A stretch of 64,000 nucleotides of DNA from Eledone cirrhosa (GCA_964016885.1 OZ024742.1:155806001-155870000), one strand, 5' to 3'. Shown: positions 10,407 through 23,730, counted from the stretch's first letter. Notes: generated by a model not told the origin, from the sequence alone. Translations and numbers: made by a program.

Positions 10407-13392
10407 CAGACTCAGAAGCTCCCACGTCTTGCGACGCATGAGGAAATCTTAGTGTTCCCCCGCGTTCGGACAGCAGCCAGTTGCACAGCGTCACCATTGT
10501 CTATGTGTCGCTCGCAGGTCCCTCTCAACTGTCTGGCGCCAGTTCATTTTGGGTCGCCCTCTCCGTCTGCTTCCCTGTGGGTTCCATTTAAGTACTTGGT
10601 TCGCCAGTCTCTCCGGGGGAAGTCTCAAAGCGTGCCCAAACCAGCCAAGGCGTCGCTTGCAGATGGTAGAAGAAACCAGCTGCTGGTTGGTGCGGTTGCT
10701 GACTTCCTGGTTTGTTACATGGTCACTCCATTTAATCCACAGGATCTTTCTCAGACACCTGGAATCGAATGCGTCCAACTTCTTCTCTTGGCTGGTCACT
10801 TCCGTACAAGAGTATGGACAGCACGTTGCTGTTGTAGAATCTCATCTTTGTTTTGAGGGTGAACTTCCTACTCTTCCAGATCTTGTCAAACTGGTTAAAT
10901 GCTGCTGAAGCCTTTCCCATTCTACATTGCAATTCACTGTGCATGGCGCCCCCATTGTCAATGGAGCTTCCTAGGTAGTTGAAGTTGTCCACTATCTCCA
11001 CCTCCCCCTGTTCAATGAAAAGACTAGTTGGTGATGGGTGTGTCCTAGATAACTTGCTTTTCGTCTTCTTAGCACTGAGATTGAGACCTAAGCTTCCTGC
11101 TTCGACATTGATATTATTCATAATGATTTGCAGGTCAGCTGTGTTCTCTGCAAGTGCAACAATATCGTCCGCAAAGTCCAGGTCAGACAATAGACCTTCC
11201 CTGGTATGGAGAGAAGTGTCACTCCCCTCCAGTTGTCACAATCGGCAAGGTTGCCCTTCTTGGGGATACAAACAACCGCTCCGTTTCTCCAATCTTCTGG
11301 GACTTCACCCGTGTTCCACACAAGATTACATAAGTGGACCATCCACTTGACCATGCTTTCGCCTCCTGACTTCAGCATTTCAGCAGAAATGCCATCCATA
11401 CCTGGTGACTTGTTATTCTTAAGTGTTTTGATGGCCATGCGGACTTCCTTATCGGTGAATTCATCAGTATTGATAGGCAACAAACTAGTATGTTCCTTAG
11501 TGTCTGCTGGCACATGTGGTTCCGGTCGGTTGAGGACTTCCTTGAAATGTTCAGCCCATCTGACTAACTTTTCTTCACCCTTGGAAAACAGCGTACCATC
11601 TTTCGCTTTCACCGGACCTGAGTTAGCTCTAGAGCTGCCGGTGATTTTCTTGGCAATTTGGTACACAGAGCGCATTTCATTGCGTGCCGCAGCTGGTTCC
11701 GCCTCCTCTGCCTTACCCTCAAGCCACATTCGTTTGTCCTTTTGGGCGCTGCGTTTCACGTCCTTGTCCTTGTCAACATACTGCTGATATACCTTGATGG
11801 CCTCTGTGGTAGTGGCATGCCTCTGCTGGTGCAGGGCTTTCCTTTCATTAATCAGCTGCCAGGTGTTGTTGCTGACCCAAGCTTCTCTGAGGGACTTCCT
11901 GTAGCCCAGGATTTCTTCCTCTGCAGCTTCCATGGTCTTCTTCATTTCCTCCCACCAAGTGACCGAGCCTGGTGCAGACTCCTGAAGGACAGCAAATCTT
12001 TTCCTTAAAGCAGCCTCGAGCTGTGCTTCTGTGTCACCGTTCTTCAGCTTGGTAGTGTCAAAACGCCTTGTAGTGAGTGCTCTCTTCTTCTGCTTTCTCA
12101 GTCTGATTTTAAGTTTCGTAACAGACATATAGTGGTCACTGCAGACATCTGCACCCCGGTAGACTCGGGCGTCCTGCAGGCAAGGAGCTCTCCAAATTGG
12201 GCCAATCGCAATGTGGTCTATTTGCGTCTTGGTCCTGTGGTCGTTCGAAGCCCATGTGACCTTGTGGATGTTCTTGTGGTCAAATAGTGACGAGCCGATT
12301 TTCATATTGTTTATGGCACAGAACTGGACAAACCTGTCCCCGTTGTCCGTGCGGTTTCCATAAGCGTGGGGGCCAAGGACGTGTTCAAAGCCAACCCTGC
12401 TTCCCCCGATCTGTGCGTTCATGTCTCCCATGATGATCAGGATGTCATGACGTGGGGTTCTGTTTACAACATCTTGTAGTTGCTGGAAGAAAGCGTCCTT
12501 GTCTTCATCGTTATGTTCGTTGGTTGGAGCATAGCACTGAGCTATGGTGAACTTTGCATGTGATGTGGTGAAACTAGCTGTCATTAGGCGTTCGTTGATA
12601 GGAGTCCACACCTCAAGGGCACCACTGGCAGCCCTGTCCATGATGATTGCAACTCCATCTCGGTGGGTCCCGTTCTGACGGCCTGAGAACAGGATGGTCT
12701 TGTTTTCATGGACAAACTTCCCAGAGTCAGTCCAGCGGACCTCGCTGAGGCCCAGGATGTTAATTTTGTAGGCCTCCATTTCTCCGATAACTTGCGCAAG
12801 TTTGGATGGTTGGTACATAGTTCTTATGTTCCCATATCCAATACGTGTGGTTGTTTTTGCAAGTAGAATTCTGGTCCTCAGGATGTCGGCTTCCTCATTG
12901 AGACTTTCGCCGACACCCGTCATACAATCTCCGGTTATAGACAACCGTTCTCCTGACTGCTTGGAATTTAAATCTGATGCACTATGAATTGTTTTCTTAG
13001 CAGGAGAGTTTTTTTCCGGGAACAGGTCGCTAACCTAAAGCCCAACCACTGACATTTAGTAAAGAGATAGCAAGTGGAGTAGTCTCTGGTAGAACTGCAA
13101 ACCGATGGCCACCATCAGGGTTGCAGGTGTTATATCAGAGTTTTCCTTCTCCTAGAATTCTGCCTTGACAAAGACTAAGGGGTCATCTCTCCCGGTGATT
13201 TTGGATGGCCATTGACTCTCAAGAGCTCCTTTGCCCTTTGACAGGTTTTGTTTTTAGTCCTGCAGGATGTCCAAAGTCACCCTTCTCACCAAGAAACCTT
13301 GGTGAGGTTGCCAGTTGAGTTGCCAAAGACCCGACCATGAGACAGGTTGTACTGGGATACATGTTACCAGTAGCACCAACTGGTGACCTGAC
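10406..13392 (-). mobile_element. RTE-clade LINE, both ends present, internally deleted in RT
   Basis: APE endonuclease motifs (GLSEVRW, CYAPT, GDMNA, IDHI, SDH), RT start (KSPGMDG, NWRGVTLLS), FADD, YLGS, RRLGWFGH. 3' stem-loop catgcgtc gcaa gacgtgg and ctgagt tail. Flanked by (TA)n. Confidence 0.95.
11118..12944 (-). CDS. RTE endonuclease and N-terminal RT (open 608 aa, frame lost at deletion near 11190)
   Basis: ORF track; IPGKVYC is joined out of frame to the SDLDFADDI segment. Confidence 0.85.
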   Translation of the reverse strand: MSITGDCMTGVGESLNEEADILRTRILLAKTTTRIGYGNIRTMYQPSKLAQVIGEMEAYKINILGLSEVRWTDSGKFVHENKTILFSGRQNGTHRDGVAIIMDRAASGALEVWTPINERLMTASFTTSHAKFTIAQCYAPTNEHNDEDKDAFFQQLQDVVNRTPRHDILIIMGDMNAQIGGSRVGFEHVLGPHAYGNRTDNGDRFVQFCAINNMKIGSSLFDHKNIHKVTWASNDHRTKTQIDHIAIGPIWRAPCLQDARVYRGADVCSDHYMSVTKLKIRLRKQKKRALTTRRFDTTKLKNGDTEAQLEAALRKRFAVLQESAPGSVTWWEEMKKTMEAAEEEILGYRKSLREAWVSNNTWQLINERKALHQQRHATTTEAIKVYQQYVDKDKDVKRSAQKDKRMWLEGKAEEAEPAAARNEMRSVYQIAKKITGSSRANSGPVKAKDGTLFSKGEEKLVRWAEHFKEVLNRPEPHVPADTKEHTSLLPINTDEFTDKEVRMAIKTLKNNKSPGMDGISAEMLKSGGESMVKWMVHLCNLVWNTGEVPEDWRNGAVVCIPKKGNLADCDNWRGVTLLSIPGKVYCLTWTLRTILLHLQRTQLTCKSL

Positions 13393-13420
13393 ATATATAC
13401 TATATATATACTATATATAT

Positions 13421-13546
<126 letters not shown>

Positions 13547-13576
13547 AGATCATAAGATGGTTAAAAGTGTTCCATG

Positions 13577-13647
13577 TATATTATTATGCTCATTTCAAAA
13601 ACAAATGTCATCATGCAATAACATTTGCGTTTTCGTCAGATAAAATA
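13577..13647 (-). ncRNA. Type I hammerhead ribozyme
   Basis: tattttat CTGACGA [stem II] GAAA tgagca TA ataatata. Confidence 0.75.
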
Positions 13648-15398
13648 GGGAGACATGATATGAAGGTTAAAACACACTTGTGAATAGTGCAGTTTTAAAT
13701 CAACATATGGAAAATAGTTTTAGATTGATGTGCGATATTGGGGGGAAAAATGAGAGTGGGATGAAAAAGAGGAGGAGATGAGAGTGAAAAGTGGAGGGGG
13801 AGGAGTATAATGAAGAAGGATGAGATAGGAGAGATGGGTGATAGAGAGAGAGAGGGATAGCTTTTATAACTGAGAAAAATATATTGTTTTACATAGAGAG
13901 GTTGAAAAATCGTTAGAAGATAATATATAAATTAAGAGAATTTGAAAATTAACGAAGAGAAACATTTTAGAATAATGTTAAATTAAGGTTTGTATATTTA
14001 AGGGTTTAATAATATGTGCGATGAAAAGAAATTGTTAATATGTATTAAGAATAATATTTAAGGGTTTCATAAAATGTGCGATGGAAAGAAATTGTTGATA
14101 TGTATTATTAAAAAATATAAAAATATAACAATAGTAATGTAATTAAGGATATATCGTGAAAGAAGTAGAAGAGTGGATGAATAAGTGTATATGTATAAGT
14201 TAGATGAGCATGAAAGGGAGAACAAAATAATGAATTGAGGATGAATAATCTAACGTCAAAAAAATGTTTATGTTTACGAAGAATTTTTTCAAGGTGATAT
14301 TATGAAGTAAGAATATATTGTGCTGAGTAATAATTGTTTCTACGTTAGGCACAATGATAATTCAGATGTATCTAGGAAGAAAAGGCACAGATTAGAGGTT
14401 AGCAATTAAAAGAAAAAGAAAAAAAGAAAAGAAAAAAGGAAAAAGAGAAAGAAAGGGAAGTGATAAATAGGAGTGATATAGAATGAGTAACTAGTATTAT
14501 ATAATGTATAATAAATAACATTGAAAATATGTAGAAAGATGGGTATATTTTTAAAGAAATATATATGTATATATATATATGTGCCTTTGAGAAAAGGATT
14601 ATAAATTGGTAAAGTATTAGATATCAGCTGCATACTTTATGGAATGTTCTGTGGAATGTATGCAAGCCGAGAGAAAACAAGTCAGTGCGTCTATTTATTA
14701 TAGAATCTAAATTAGATATAATGGTAAATTGTTCACATAAACAGAGATTGCATGTCTTGGATAGAGAACTATTCAAGTATAGAGAAGCAGAACAAACCTT
14801 CGTCCAAGAGATGTTATAGTTAATATTTGTTGTCTTTCAAGGACCATATGAGTTCTGAGTGTGCCGTGTTAGTTCTTTTAAGTTGGTATTTAAAAGACGA
14901 ATGATGATTATAAAGACGGGCTTTAAAGGAGGTGGAAGTGGAGCCAAAATAGGTAAAGGAATTGGTGTCAGTTATAACTTTACATTCGTAGATTCAGTTT
15001 TTTTCAAGACAATGGTTGTTGAGAGGACAATTATTTTTAACAGGGCAATTGCAATTGCGATTAGAGAAATTAACAGAGTTATTAACAAGTGACCAAGTGT
15101 TATTTACAGAAGGAATTGGATTGGAGAAGTTATTTACGATAGGAATAATAGTTTCTTGATTTAGAATGGGATTAAGAACATTTAACGAAGTTGCGTTTGA
15201 CGTTGTATTTGGGTTTGCAGACATTAGCCTAGAGTTACCAATGACGTCGGGAGTACAATTACTATTATTATGTGTAATAATTATCATTGTAATACTTTTT
15301 TTTCCCAATATCACACGTCAATCTAAAACTACTTTTCATATGTTGATTTAAAACTGCACTATTCACAAGTGTGTTTTAATCTTCATATCATGTCTCCC

Positions 15399-15469
15399 TA
15401 TTTTATCTGACGAAAACGCAAATGTTATTGCATGATGATATTTGTTTTTGAAATGCGCATAATAAAATA
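15399..15469 (+). ncRNA. Type I hammerhead ribozyme
   Basis: tattttat CTGACGA [stem II] GAAA TGCGCA TA ataaaata; perfect 8-bp stem I and palindromic stem III. Confidence 0.85.
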
Positions 15470-15593
15470 CATGGAACTCTTTTAACCATATTTTGATCTT
15501 ATATATTATTTATACTCCAGTCCTACAAACTGTAGAGTGCTACTTATCCGATATCTGCATTGCTTTATTGTACCACAATAAAACTCACCTCCT

Positions 15594-15636
<43 letters not shown>

Positions 15637-15886
15637 TATATAGAGATAATTTAATATATCTACTAACATAAGCGCACAGATGTACGCTAATGCCAGCAAA
15701 TACACAGATTATGTCATAGTACCTAGGTGGTTCAATGCAGGAGAATGCAGAACAATAATATAAAAGACGTAAAAAAGAAAATGAAAAAAAAAAAATTTTT
15801 TAAAGCAAAACAAGACCACAAACTTCACAAGGAAGACATTATTAAAAGATTGTCAACATATTTTAGTTTGATGTAAGGAATGTAGA

Positions 15887-15971
<85 letters not shown>

Positions 15972-16152
15972 TCCAGGGATGGTTAAAGAAAATCGGCCCC
16001 TTCACGCTTTTTGGAACGCTTCAAAAGGCATGCTTGCTTGAAACAGCAAGAACCCTCCGATACGTCCTGAATATCTGAGGCTGCAGGTAGTGGCTTGATA
16101 TTCATTCCAACGGACTTTCCAGTTAACCAACATCAATGACTGAGATTCAAGG
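15972..16152 (+). mobile_element. 3' end of an R4/Dong-clade non-LTR retrotransposon inside (TAA)n
   Basis: Reads QGWLKKIG...LQKACLLETARTLRYVLNI-stop, the typical R4/Dong C-terminus. (AAT)n on both sides (15889-15970, 16153-16223). Confidence 0.8.
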
Positions 16153-16161
16153 AATAACAAC

Positions 16162-16225
<64 letters not shown>

Positions 16226-16530
16226 TCCGTTTACAATTGTTTCGCTACTCCTTATAATATTTCTGGATCAGATGACTATATATCATAATTGATCTGGTTC
16301 AGTTGAAAATAATTAACATATTTAAAAAAAACAGAGTGGCTCATCGGAACTCAAAGGAATATAAATTAAAATAATGTTACATAATATAATGTTCCATATA
16401 ATGTTCTAACTAACTCACCAATCTCTCCCCTCATATCTCCTCTACTATTTCGATCTCTCTCTTTAAGATTGGCTACTCTTGAACTGTGTATATATATATA
16501 TATAAATATATATAAATATATATATATATA

Positions 16531-18259
16531 TAACGAAGGAAATGTGGTAAGGAACCAGATGGACCATAACGCAACAAGTACTCAATACTTAGGGTAGTAC
16601 AGTGGGTAATAGGAACAAGTATAGCTCCGACTGCAGAGCTCCAGCCGTCCCGTCAGCTAATTCTGGACTAATCATCTCCTCTAACAACAACAAACTCAAC
16701 CCCTATGGAAGTAATAACCTAGACAGCTGTGGAGAGCCGACCATGAGGTGGAACTGTCCTGATAGATCTACGTGCCCCCTCAACAACAGATGCCGAGATC
16801 GTAATGTGATCTACCAGTGCAACGTGAGGACGGACAACTCCAACAAAGCTTCTATAGGATTAACCGCTTGTGACTTCAAGACCCGGCTCTACCTACACAG
16901 ACATACTTTCTGAAACCCGGCCCGGCGTCACGCCACTACAATTAGGGCCACATCTGGGACCTCAAAGATAATATTATAACCTACCATCTCACTTGGAGCT
17001 TAGTGTCCAGAGCTAACTCTCACACGGGAGGCCGCCGTCCGTGTAACTTAGGCTCGGAGGAAACATTACAAATGCTGTTTTCGAAGGACCAACACCTAAA
17101 CAAGAATGACGAACTGGTAACTGCATGCAAACACAGATTGCGTAGGACTTACCTCGCACTCAAACCCCATAATGACCCAGGAGGGGGGGGGGTAGACAAG
17201 GGCTGAAACACCCCACTTGCGGACTTTGTAAGGGGTAACCCCTGCTTACAAGTGTAGACGTAACTTTTTTTTTTAAATATCTTTTCCTCGATATTTCCTT
17301 CTCCCCCCTATCTCTTCCTAGTCCTTCCACCCCAGACTTTTTTTTTCACCTTTTTGCCCACCCGGATGCAGCCCATCGGTCTTCTGTAGCCTCAGTACCC
17401 AACCCCCCTTATTTTAAGATAGAATTGGACGATTACGCTTTTTATAGCAGATGTATAATCCCCAGATAATTGCTTTCTTTCTGGTTTCTGTTCCATTTCC
17501 GTGATTTCTAGATTTCTTAGTGGTATTTTTGCATTAGTATTCTTGTATTAGTATTTATGTATTAGCTTTCGGAATTAATATTTCGTATTAGTTTTTTAGT
17601 ATGTTTGTCCTCAATTTATTAAACTGTCATTGTAAGATAGCATAGGCTCATTACTACCTGCTATAGTAGTGGTGTTAGACGCCCTGTAAAGATGGTTTTA
17701 TTAAATTATTTCACTACAATCGCGTATTTAGTATTTTTATCCACCTATTAAACTTGTCTATAGCTTAGCAATACCAATGAGAGATTTGGTGATTGTGGGT
17801 ATGGTGTTGTAACCAGAAATTGTTTTTTAAATATTTTTTATATAATTATTTCCTCATTTTTATAATGGCTTTTTTGTTTACTCCCTTTCGATTTACCTAT
17901 TTTTCCAACTTCCCACCCCCCTCCGCTTCTCCATTACACTTTTTTCGACCTTCTATACACTATCCTTAGAATCAGCTGTATAGATTTCACTTTCAACGCA
18001 TGATTGGGTTTCCCCCACTGTCTCTTTGCTCTACCGGCAAGTTCAGCTACCCCTACCTTCCACTAAACGCTATGATAGAATCATCTGTCTTGACAACAAA
18101 TTTTTGACGAATCCTTTTGACAATTACTCTCTTCCCATATATGGAATTAGCCCCTCAGTAGTTCGGGTATTTATTTACCAGGCTAAAAATTCTTATTTAG
18201 TTCAGAATTAGCCGTCGAAACGGCTTGAGCTCTGCCGTCCCGTCGGGGTCATACTTATT

Positions 18260-18262
<3 letters not shown>
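16531..18262 (+). mobile_element. 5'-truncated Naiad-type PLE (family C) with inverted pLTR piece at 16531-16671
   Basis: WNCPDRSTCPLNNRC, NVIYQC..SIGLT..FKTR, ELVTACKH. 3' UTR is homologous to 39900-41150. Confidence 0.88.
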
Positions 18263-18313
<51 letters not shown>

Positions 18314-18396
18314 TAATTATATATATATATATATATAGTTATGGTTATATATATACATCTATAGTTATTAGGACCAAATTACCATTCCTAGATATA

Positions 18397-19305
18397 ATGA
18401 AAATCAAAAACGACACCACCATTACCACGGATATATATTATAAACACACAGACACCCATCAATATCTGAATTTTAAGTCGTGCCATCCACCTCATACAAA
18501 ACGCAACATCCCATACTGCCTAGCCAGAAGAATTTGTACCATTGTAGAAGATACGAATACCAGGTACAAACGCCTAACAGAACTAAGAGAATTTTTGCTC
18601 AAACAAAAATACCCATCTCTACTTATAGAAAATGGCATACAGCGGGCTATAAAAATACCTATACAACAACTTAGAACAACCCAAGGAAGAAGAAACCAAG
18701 AACTGGTCATACCATTTATAATGACACACAACCCATGTCACCAGAATATATTCAACACTGCCAAAGCAAACCAACCGATCATTGCTCAAAGTAATGAATT
18801 AAAAGGCTTAATCACAGATCGATCTTTGACTCTTAGTAAAAGACAGCCAAAAAATTTGAAGCAATTGCTAACAAAAGCAAAGTTTGACCTTAACAACAAA
18901 GACCAATCGTTCACTGCATCTAAATGCAATGATAATCGATGCGGCACATGTCAATCCATACACGCCGGTCAATATATGAAAACAAAAACTGGAAAAATAT
19001 TCCAAAATGCAAATATTAACTGCAAAAGCAGAAATTTAATTTACTGCATTAAATGCCCGAATTGTGAAGAACTATATGTCGGTCAAACTGGAAATGCACT
19101 ATCGGAACGTGCACGGGTACACCGTCAACAAATCAGAGACCCAAATGTCCGTCAGATACACCTAAGCGGCCACCTGGCAACATGTGGTCAGGGAATATTT
19201 ATAATATTCCCATTCTACAAATTACACAGCCCAAGTGAAATCAAGAGAAAAATCAAAGAAAATAATTTTATTGATAAATTCAAACCCAAGCTAAATGAAC
19301 AATAA
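18397..19305 (+). CDS. PLE RT thumb + GIY-YIG endonuclease (uninterrupted 302 aa, 5'-truncated)
   Basis: ORF track; no stops or frameshifts. Confidence 0.88.
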   Translation: MKIKNDTTITTDIYYKHTDTHQYLNFKSCHPPHTKRNIPYCLARRICTIVEDTNTRYKRLTELREFLLKQKYPSLLIENGIQRAIKIPIQQLRTTQGRRNQELVIPFIMTHNPCHQNIFNTAKANQPIIAQSNELKGLITDRSLTLSKRQPKNLKQLLTKAKFDLNNKDQSFTASKCNDNRCGTCQSIHAGQYMKTKTGKIFQNANINCKSRNLIYCIKCPNCEELYVGQTGNALSERARVHRQQIRDPNVRQIHLSGHLATCGQGIFIIFPFYKLHSPSEIKRKIKENNFIDKFKPKLNEQ

Positions 19306-19685
19306 TAACGCCTAGGGGTATTACTTCCACTACCACTATGACCACGACCACTAACAACAACAACAACAACAACAACAATAATAATAATAATAAAAGTGAT
19401 GTTGATGGTGATGATTAATAGAAAATGCTATTTTCATCATTTCAAAAAGCAAAACAATTGATACGTTGGGTATGACTATTGGACGTTAGCATGCTCAACC
19501 AGCCGTGACGCTTAAACCAATCAGCTGTAGTAATTCAGTGAAACTACACACTGATTGGTCGAAATACAGTTTACAGGGCTTTGCATTCTGGAGCCACTTT
19601 TCTCTGTATAAAATGTATAAAAGGTAGTAAATTTACCCATCTCATTACAGTTGAAAATTGCAAACTCGACTGTCACCACATATCA

Positions 19686-19724
19686 TGAACCTGAAGATTG
19701 CGAAAGCATGAAAGTACTTGTTCA
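19686..19724 (+). ncRNA. Minimal type I hammerhead ribozyme
   Basis: tgaac CTGAAGA t tgc gaaa gca t GAAA GTAC TT gttca. Confidence 0.8.
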
Positions 19725-19844
19725 ATTAACACTTAGAATTTAATATTCTATCATAATATTTCATTATAATACCATATTATATATATTTTAAAGGATTGTA
19801 AATAAAACGAGTAAATCAGACAAAGTTGGAATTCCTCTTATTAA

Positions 19845-19965
<121 letters not shown>

Positions 19966-20260
19966 GTATATATATATATAACTATAGATGTATATATATA
20001 ACCATAACTATATATATATATAACTGGTACTATAGTTCATAGTAGTGGTTCGGCTGCTGTCTTCTTAACAAACGACTCCTCACTGATTAACCTCGATGTG
20101 ACGTGATTGATTCTTTTGAATTTGCCACCGACGCTGTAGGCAGTGATTTCTTCAATGTCTTGGAACTTAGTCCACGCTTTGCTTTTTTCCATCCACTGAA
20201 TTATTTTTGTATAAGTTCCCTGTGTTCACGCATCGCCTGGAAACTTAGCTGTGAATAGAT

Positions 20261-20339
20261 TTCCCTGATGAGGAAAGGCTTCTCCGTACGTTTCTTCGAA
20301 AACTATGTTTATTCCCTTTCAGAAACTAATTAGTTGGAG
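20261..20339 (+). ncRNA. Type I hammerhead ribozyme (orphan)
   Basis: ttcc CTGATGA g gaaagg...cctttc a GAAA CTAATTAG TT ggag. Confidence 0.7.
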
Positions 20340-20636
20340 TGAAATTTTAGTAAGTAAGTTAATTTTTATAATTTTCTTATTTTACGTCTTTCATATTATT
20401 GTTCTGCATCCCCTTGAATTGAACCACAAAGTTACTAACACAAAACCTATATATTAGCTGGCATAAGTATGCATCTGTATATATATATGTTAGTAGATAT
20501 AATAATTCTTTACATATATATATATATATATATATAAGATAAGAGTAATCTTGTATATAACCCGATTACCAATAACATGAGTAGCTCAATGTAAAATATC
20601 AGATATAATACAGAGCAGAAATACAACTTACATGTT

Positions 20637-20808
20637 TTTACTTTTGGCACAAGGCCAGCAATTACCCAGTGAATTACTTGTACTTTATTTTATTGCCCCT
20701 GTAAAAATGAAAGGCAAAGTTAACCTCGGCGGGATATGAACTCAGAATGGCAAGGACCGTAATTCTATGCGTCAAAGCATGGCGTCCGACCCTTTACCCA
20801 TACTGCCA
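20637..20808 (-). mobile_element. tRNA-derived SINE (family 1)
   Basis: Homologous to 5340-5525. Confidence 0.85.
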
Positions 20809-20860
20809 AACAATCAAATAGTGTTTAATGATTAGGAATATATTTGTTTAACCTTTTGTA

Positions 20861-20907
20861 TGCTCCGATGAAATAATAGTTATATATGGTTGAAACGATC
20901 GTAAGCA
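20861..20907 (+). ncRNA. Hammerhead motif with U4C core variant
   Basis: tgct CCGATGA aataata gttata tatggtt GAAA CGATCG TA agca. Confidence 0.65.
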
Positions 20908-20952
20908 ATTAAATGCCTTAAACACAATTTGATTGTTATTTATGTTATATAT

Positions 20953-21046
<94 letters not shown>

Positions 21047-22355
21047 ATGTGTATATGTGTGTGTGTATGTGTGTGTCTATATGTGTATATGTGCGTGTGT
21101 ATATGTGTGTGTGTGGGGGGGTGCGTGTACATGTGTTTTTATGTGCTTATCTATATATATGTCTAACTTACAAAGCACTGGAAGATTTCAAATTTTAAAT
21201 GTATTTGTAGATAACTGCGTTGTGCCGAGTCGGTGAACGGTTGTAGAAGGCATGTTACCAATGTGCCACTCACTGAGATTGAAACTGCAGTATATTCATT
21301 ATTATCAGGAAATACCTTTGAAAAGTGACATTAGATTATACTTTTTCAAAATCTACTTAAGTCTTCGTTTAAATTGTTTCACTCGATATCCACACTAACT
21401 TTTCTCTTTACACAATGCTTTATAATAATTGCGATTCTGAGAACAACTCTTTGAAATAAACCTGAAAAGACGTGATATGAGACACATTAAATCAATATCT
21501 ACTTAGACTCTTGTAAATATAACGATAACTTTCTTTGTGTATTTTTTAAAAAATGTAATTATAAATATTTGTGTAACACATTTCTGACTGTTACAATATA
21601 GTAATAGATACGGTTGTCAATTTATGAAGTACAAGGAGGTTTATAACCTATGTATTTTTTTGTAAGTATTAAACATTTTCTAAGCGCGAACAATTACAAT
21701 ATGGCTTTAATAAACGCATTTCCTGAGTCCGTTAAACATCACTTTATTTACATATGTACAGACACAATTTATATTCACAAACGAATGTATTCATCATACT
21801 GTCATCAGTTATAGCATGGGCTGTTCTATTGCTATATGTTATTAACTACAATGTCGCGCTTCGTGTGATTTTATTTCCTTGTATGCTGTGTGGCATGCAG
21901 ACCATAGAGATTTGAATGAAGTATTCAAACGATCTTAGCAAATATCGCAATGCACTTATTGATTCCACCAATCTTCATTTGAGCTCAGATGGAAAAAATA
22001 CGAAAATCCATGTACTATCATTATGTATCCGTATACTGAGACATAATTCCAGTTTAATATTATATTAGGAACTTTCTCTTGTGGTTCAATGCGATAAATG
22101 GTGAATATGATCAAAGATATGTAAAATTGCACTCACACATTATTTTATTTTAGCTGGAGGTTATGTAAATAGATCATATCGAATCTGATTCCTCCTGCTT
22201 ATGATTGTATTTTGCCGGTATTTGAATGTTAATCGCCTTTTTTAGTGCTACACACACCCAGATACAAATATATTCAATAAGAAAAAAAAACAAGCATACA
22301 CGTGTATATACGTGTGTGTGTGTGTTTGTATATATATATATATAGATATAGGCGC

Positions 22356-22448
<93 letters not shown>

Positions 22449-22469
22449 CATATATATACACAGACATAC

Positions 22470-22504
<35 letters not shown>

Positions 22505-22630
22505 AAATTCTATTTAAATTGTTGGGATACAACAAGCAAATATTTGTATAACTGATATAAAGCACTCAACAAATAATTTGAGTAAAAATACGATATTAAG
22601 AAATGGAAACAATATTTATAAAACCATATT

Positions 22631-22695
22631 TATTTCATTATACATATTTCAAGGATACCAAGTTAAATTATGGTGTTCTTTCATCAGATAAAATA
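22631..22695 (-). ncRNA. Type I hammerhead ribozyme in a short pLTR-like fragment
   Basis: tattttat CTGATGA aagaacacca..tggtatcctt GAAA tatgta TA atgaaata. Confidence 0.75.
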
Positions 22696-22871
22696 TAATA
22701 TAGAGCAGTTATGTGTGTGTGTGTATCTGTATGTATATATATATATATATGTGATACATATCTACCTATTTGTGTGGGTACGTCTATGTATTTATATGTG
22801 GGAATTGTGTATATATATATATATGTGTATATGCATACAGTATATGCATATATATATGTGTATATGCATAC

Positions 22872-23635
22872 ATAAGAATAAAAGAACACCTCAATACTAA
22901 CGCTTCCTCATTTAAGAAACACCTAGTTAAATGCAAAAACACCGATAAAAAACATAACAGTTAGGATAGAAACTAAGGAAAGAAACCTCGGCAATCTTAG
23001 AATTAAGGAAGCACTTATTATAGATAGAACACATCCGCCAATCAATAATAGACTAGAGCTCAACACGCAATTTATAACCTGATAGGGCCTCTAGCCCCAT
23101 TTTTACACACCACACACACACGCACGCGCACACACACACGCTTACACCTCCACTTATTCTCTCTCACACATACACACACAAAACCAGTTCTAACACCAGA
23201 TAACACCTACCCCCCACTTTTACGATTAGACCTATCTTCCCACACTCACACACACACACCCACATACCTACACCTTCATGCATTCTCCCACACACATATA
23301 CAGGCACGTATATAAAATTAATAAAAAAAAATAAAAAAACCCTAAACAAACCCCTCTTAAAGGGAGACTACTCTTTATCCACCTAATTTTAATTCTTTGA
23401 TATTAGAGTTAGAACAGATACTCTATACTATTTCCGGTCAGCATGGCTTGGCTAGAGATTTAAAGACGCTGGTTTGAGACCATTACTTCCCTCCGAAGAA
23501 GAGCTATTATCTCGAAAATTAAGGACATTTAAATAAATTCAAGGTGAAAGACGAATTCACATCAATATCTTTCACTATTGCATTCTTTTTTCTATGTCCA
23601 TATGTGCATTGTCTTGGCCTTATTACACATATTCA
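22872..23635 (+). mobile_element. PLE 3' fragment (GIY-YIG C-terminus + pLTR)
   Basis: RIKEHLN..FKKHLVKC, LRIKEALII..PPINNRLE; hammerhead-like cct CCGAAGA agag..ctc GAAA at TA agg at 23490-23524. Confidence 0.75.
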
Positions 23636-23638
23636 AAC

Positions 23639-23721
<83 letters not shown>

Positions 23722-23730
<9 letters not shown>

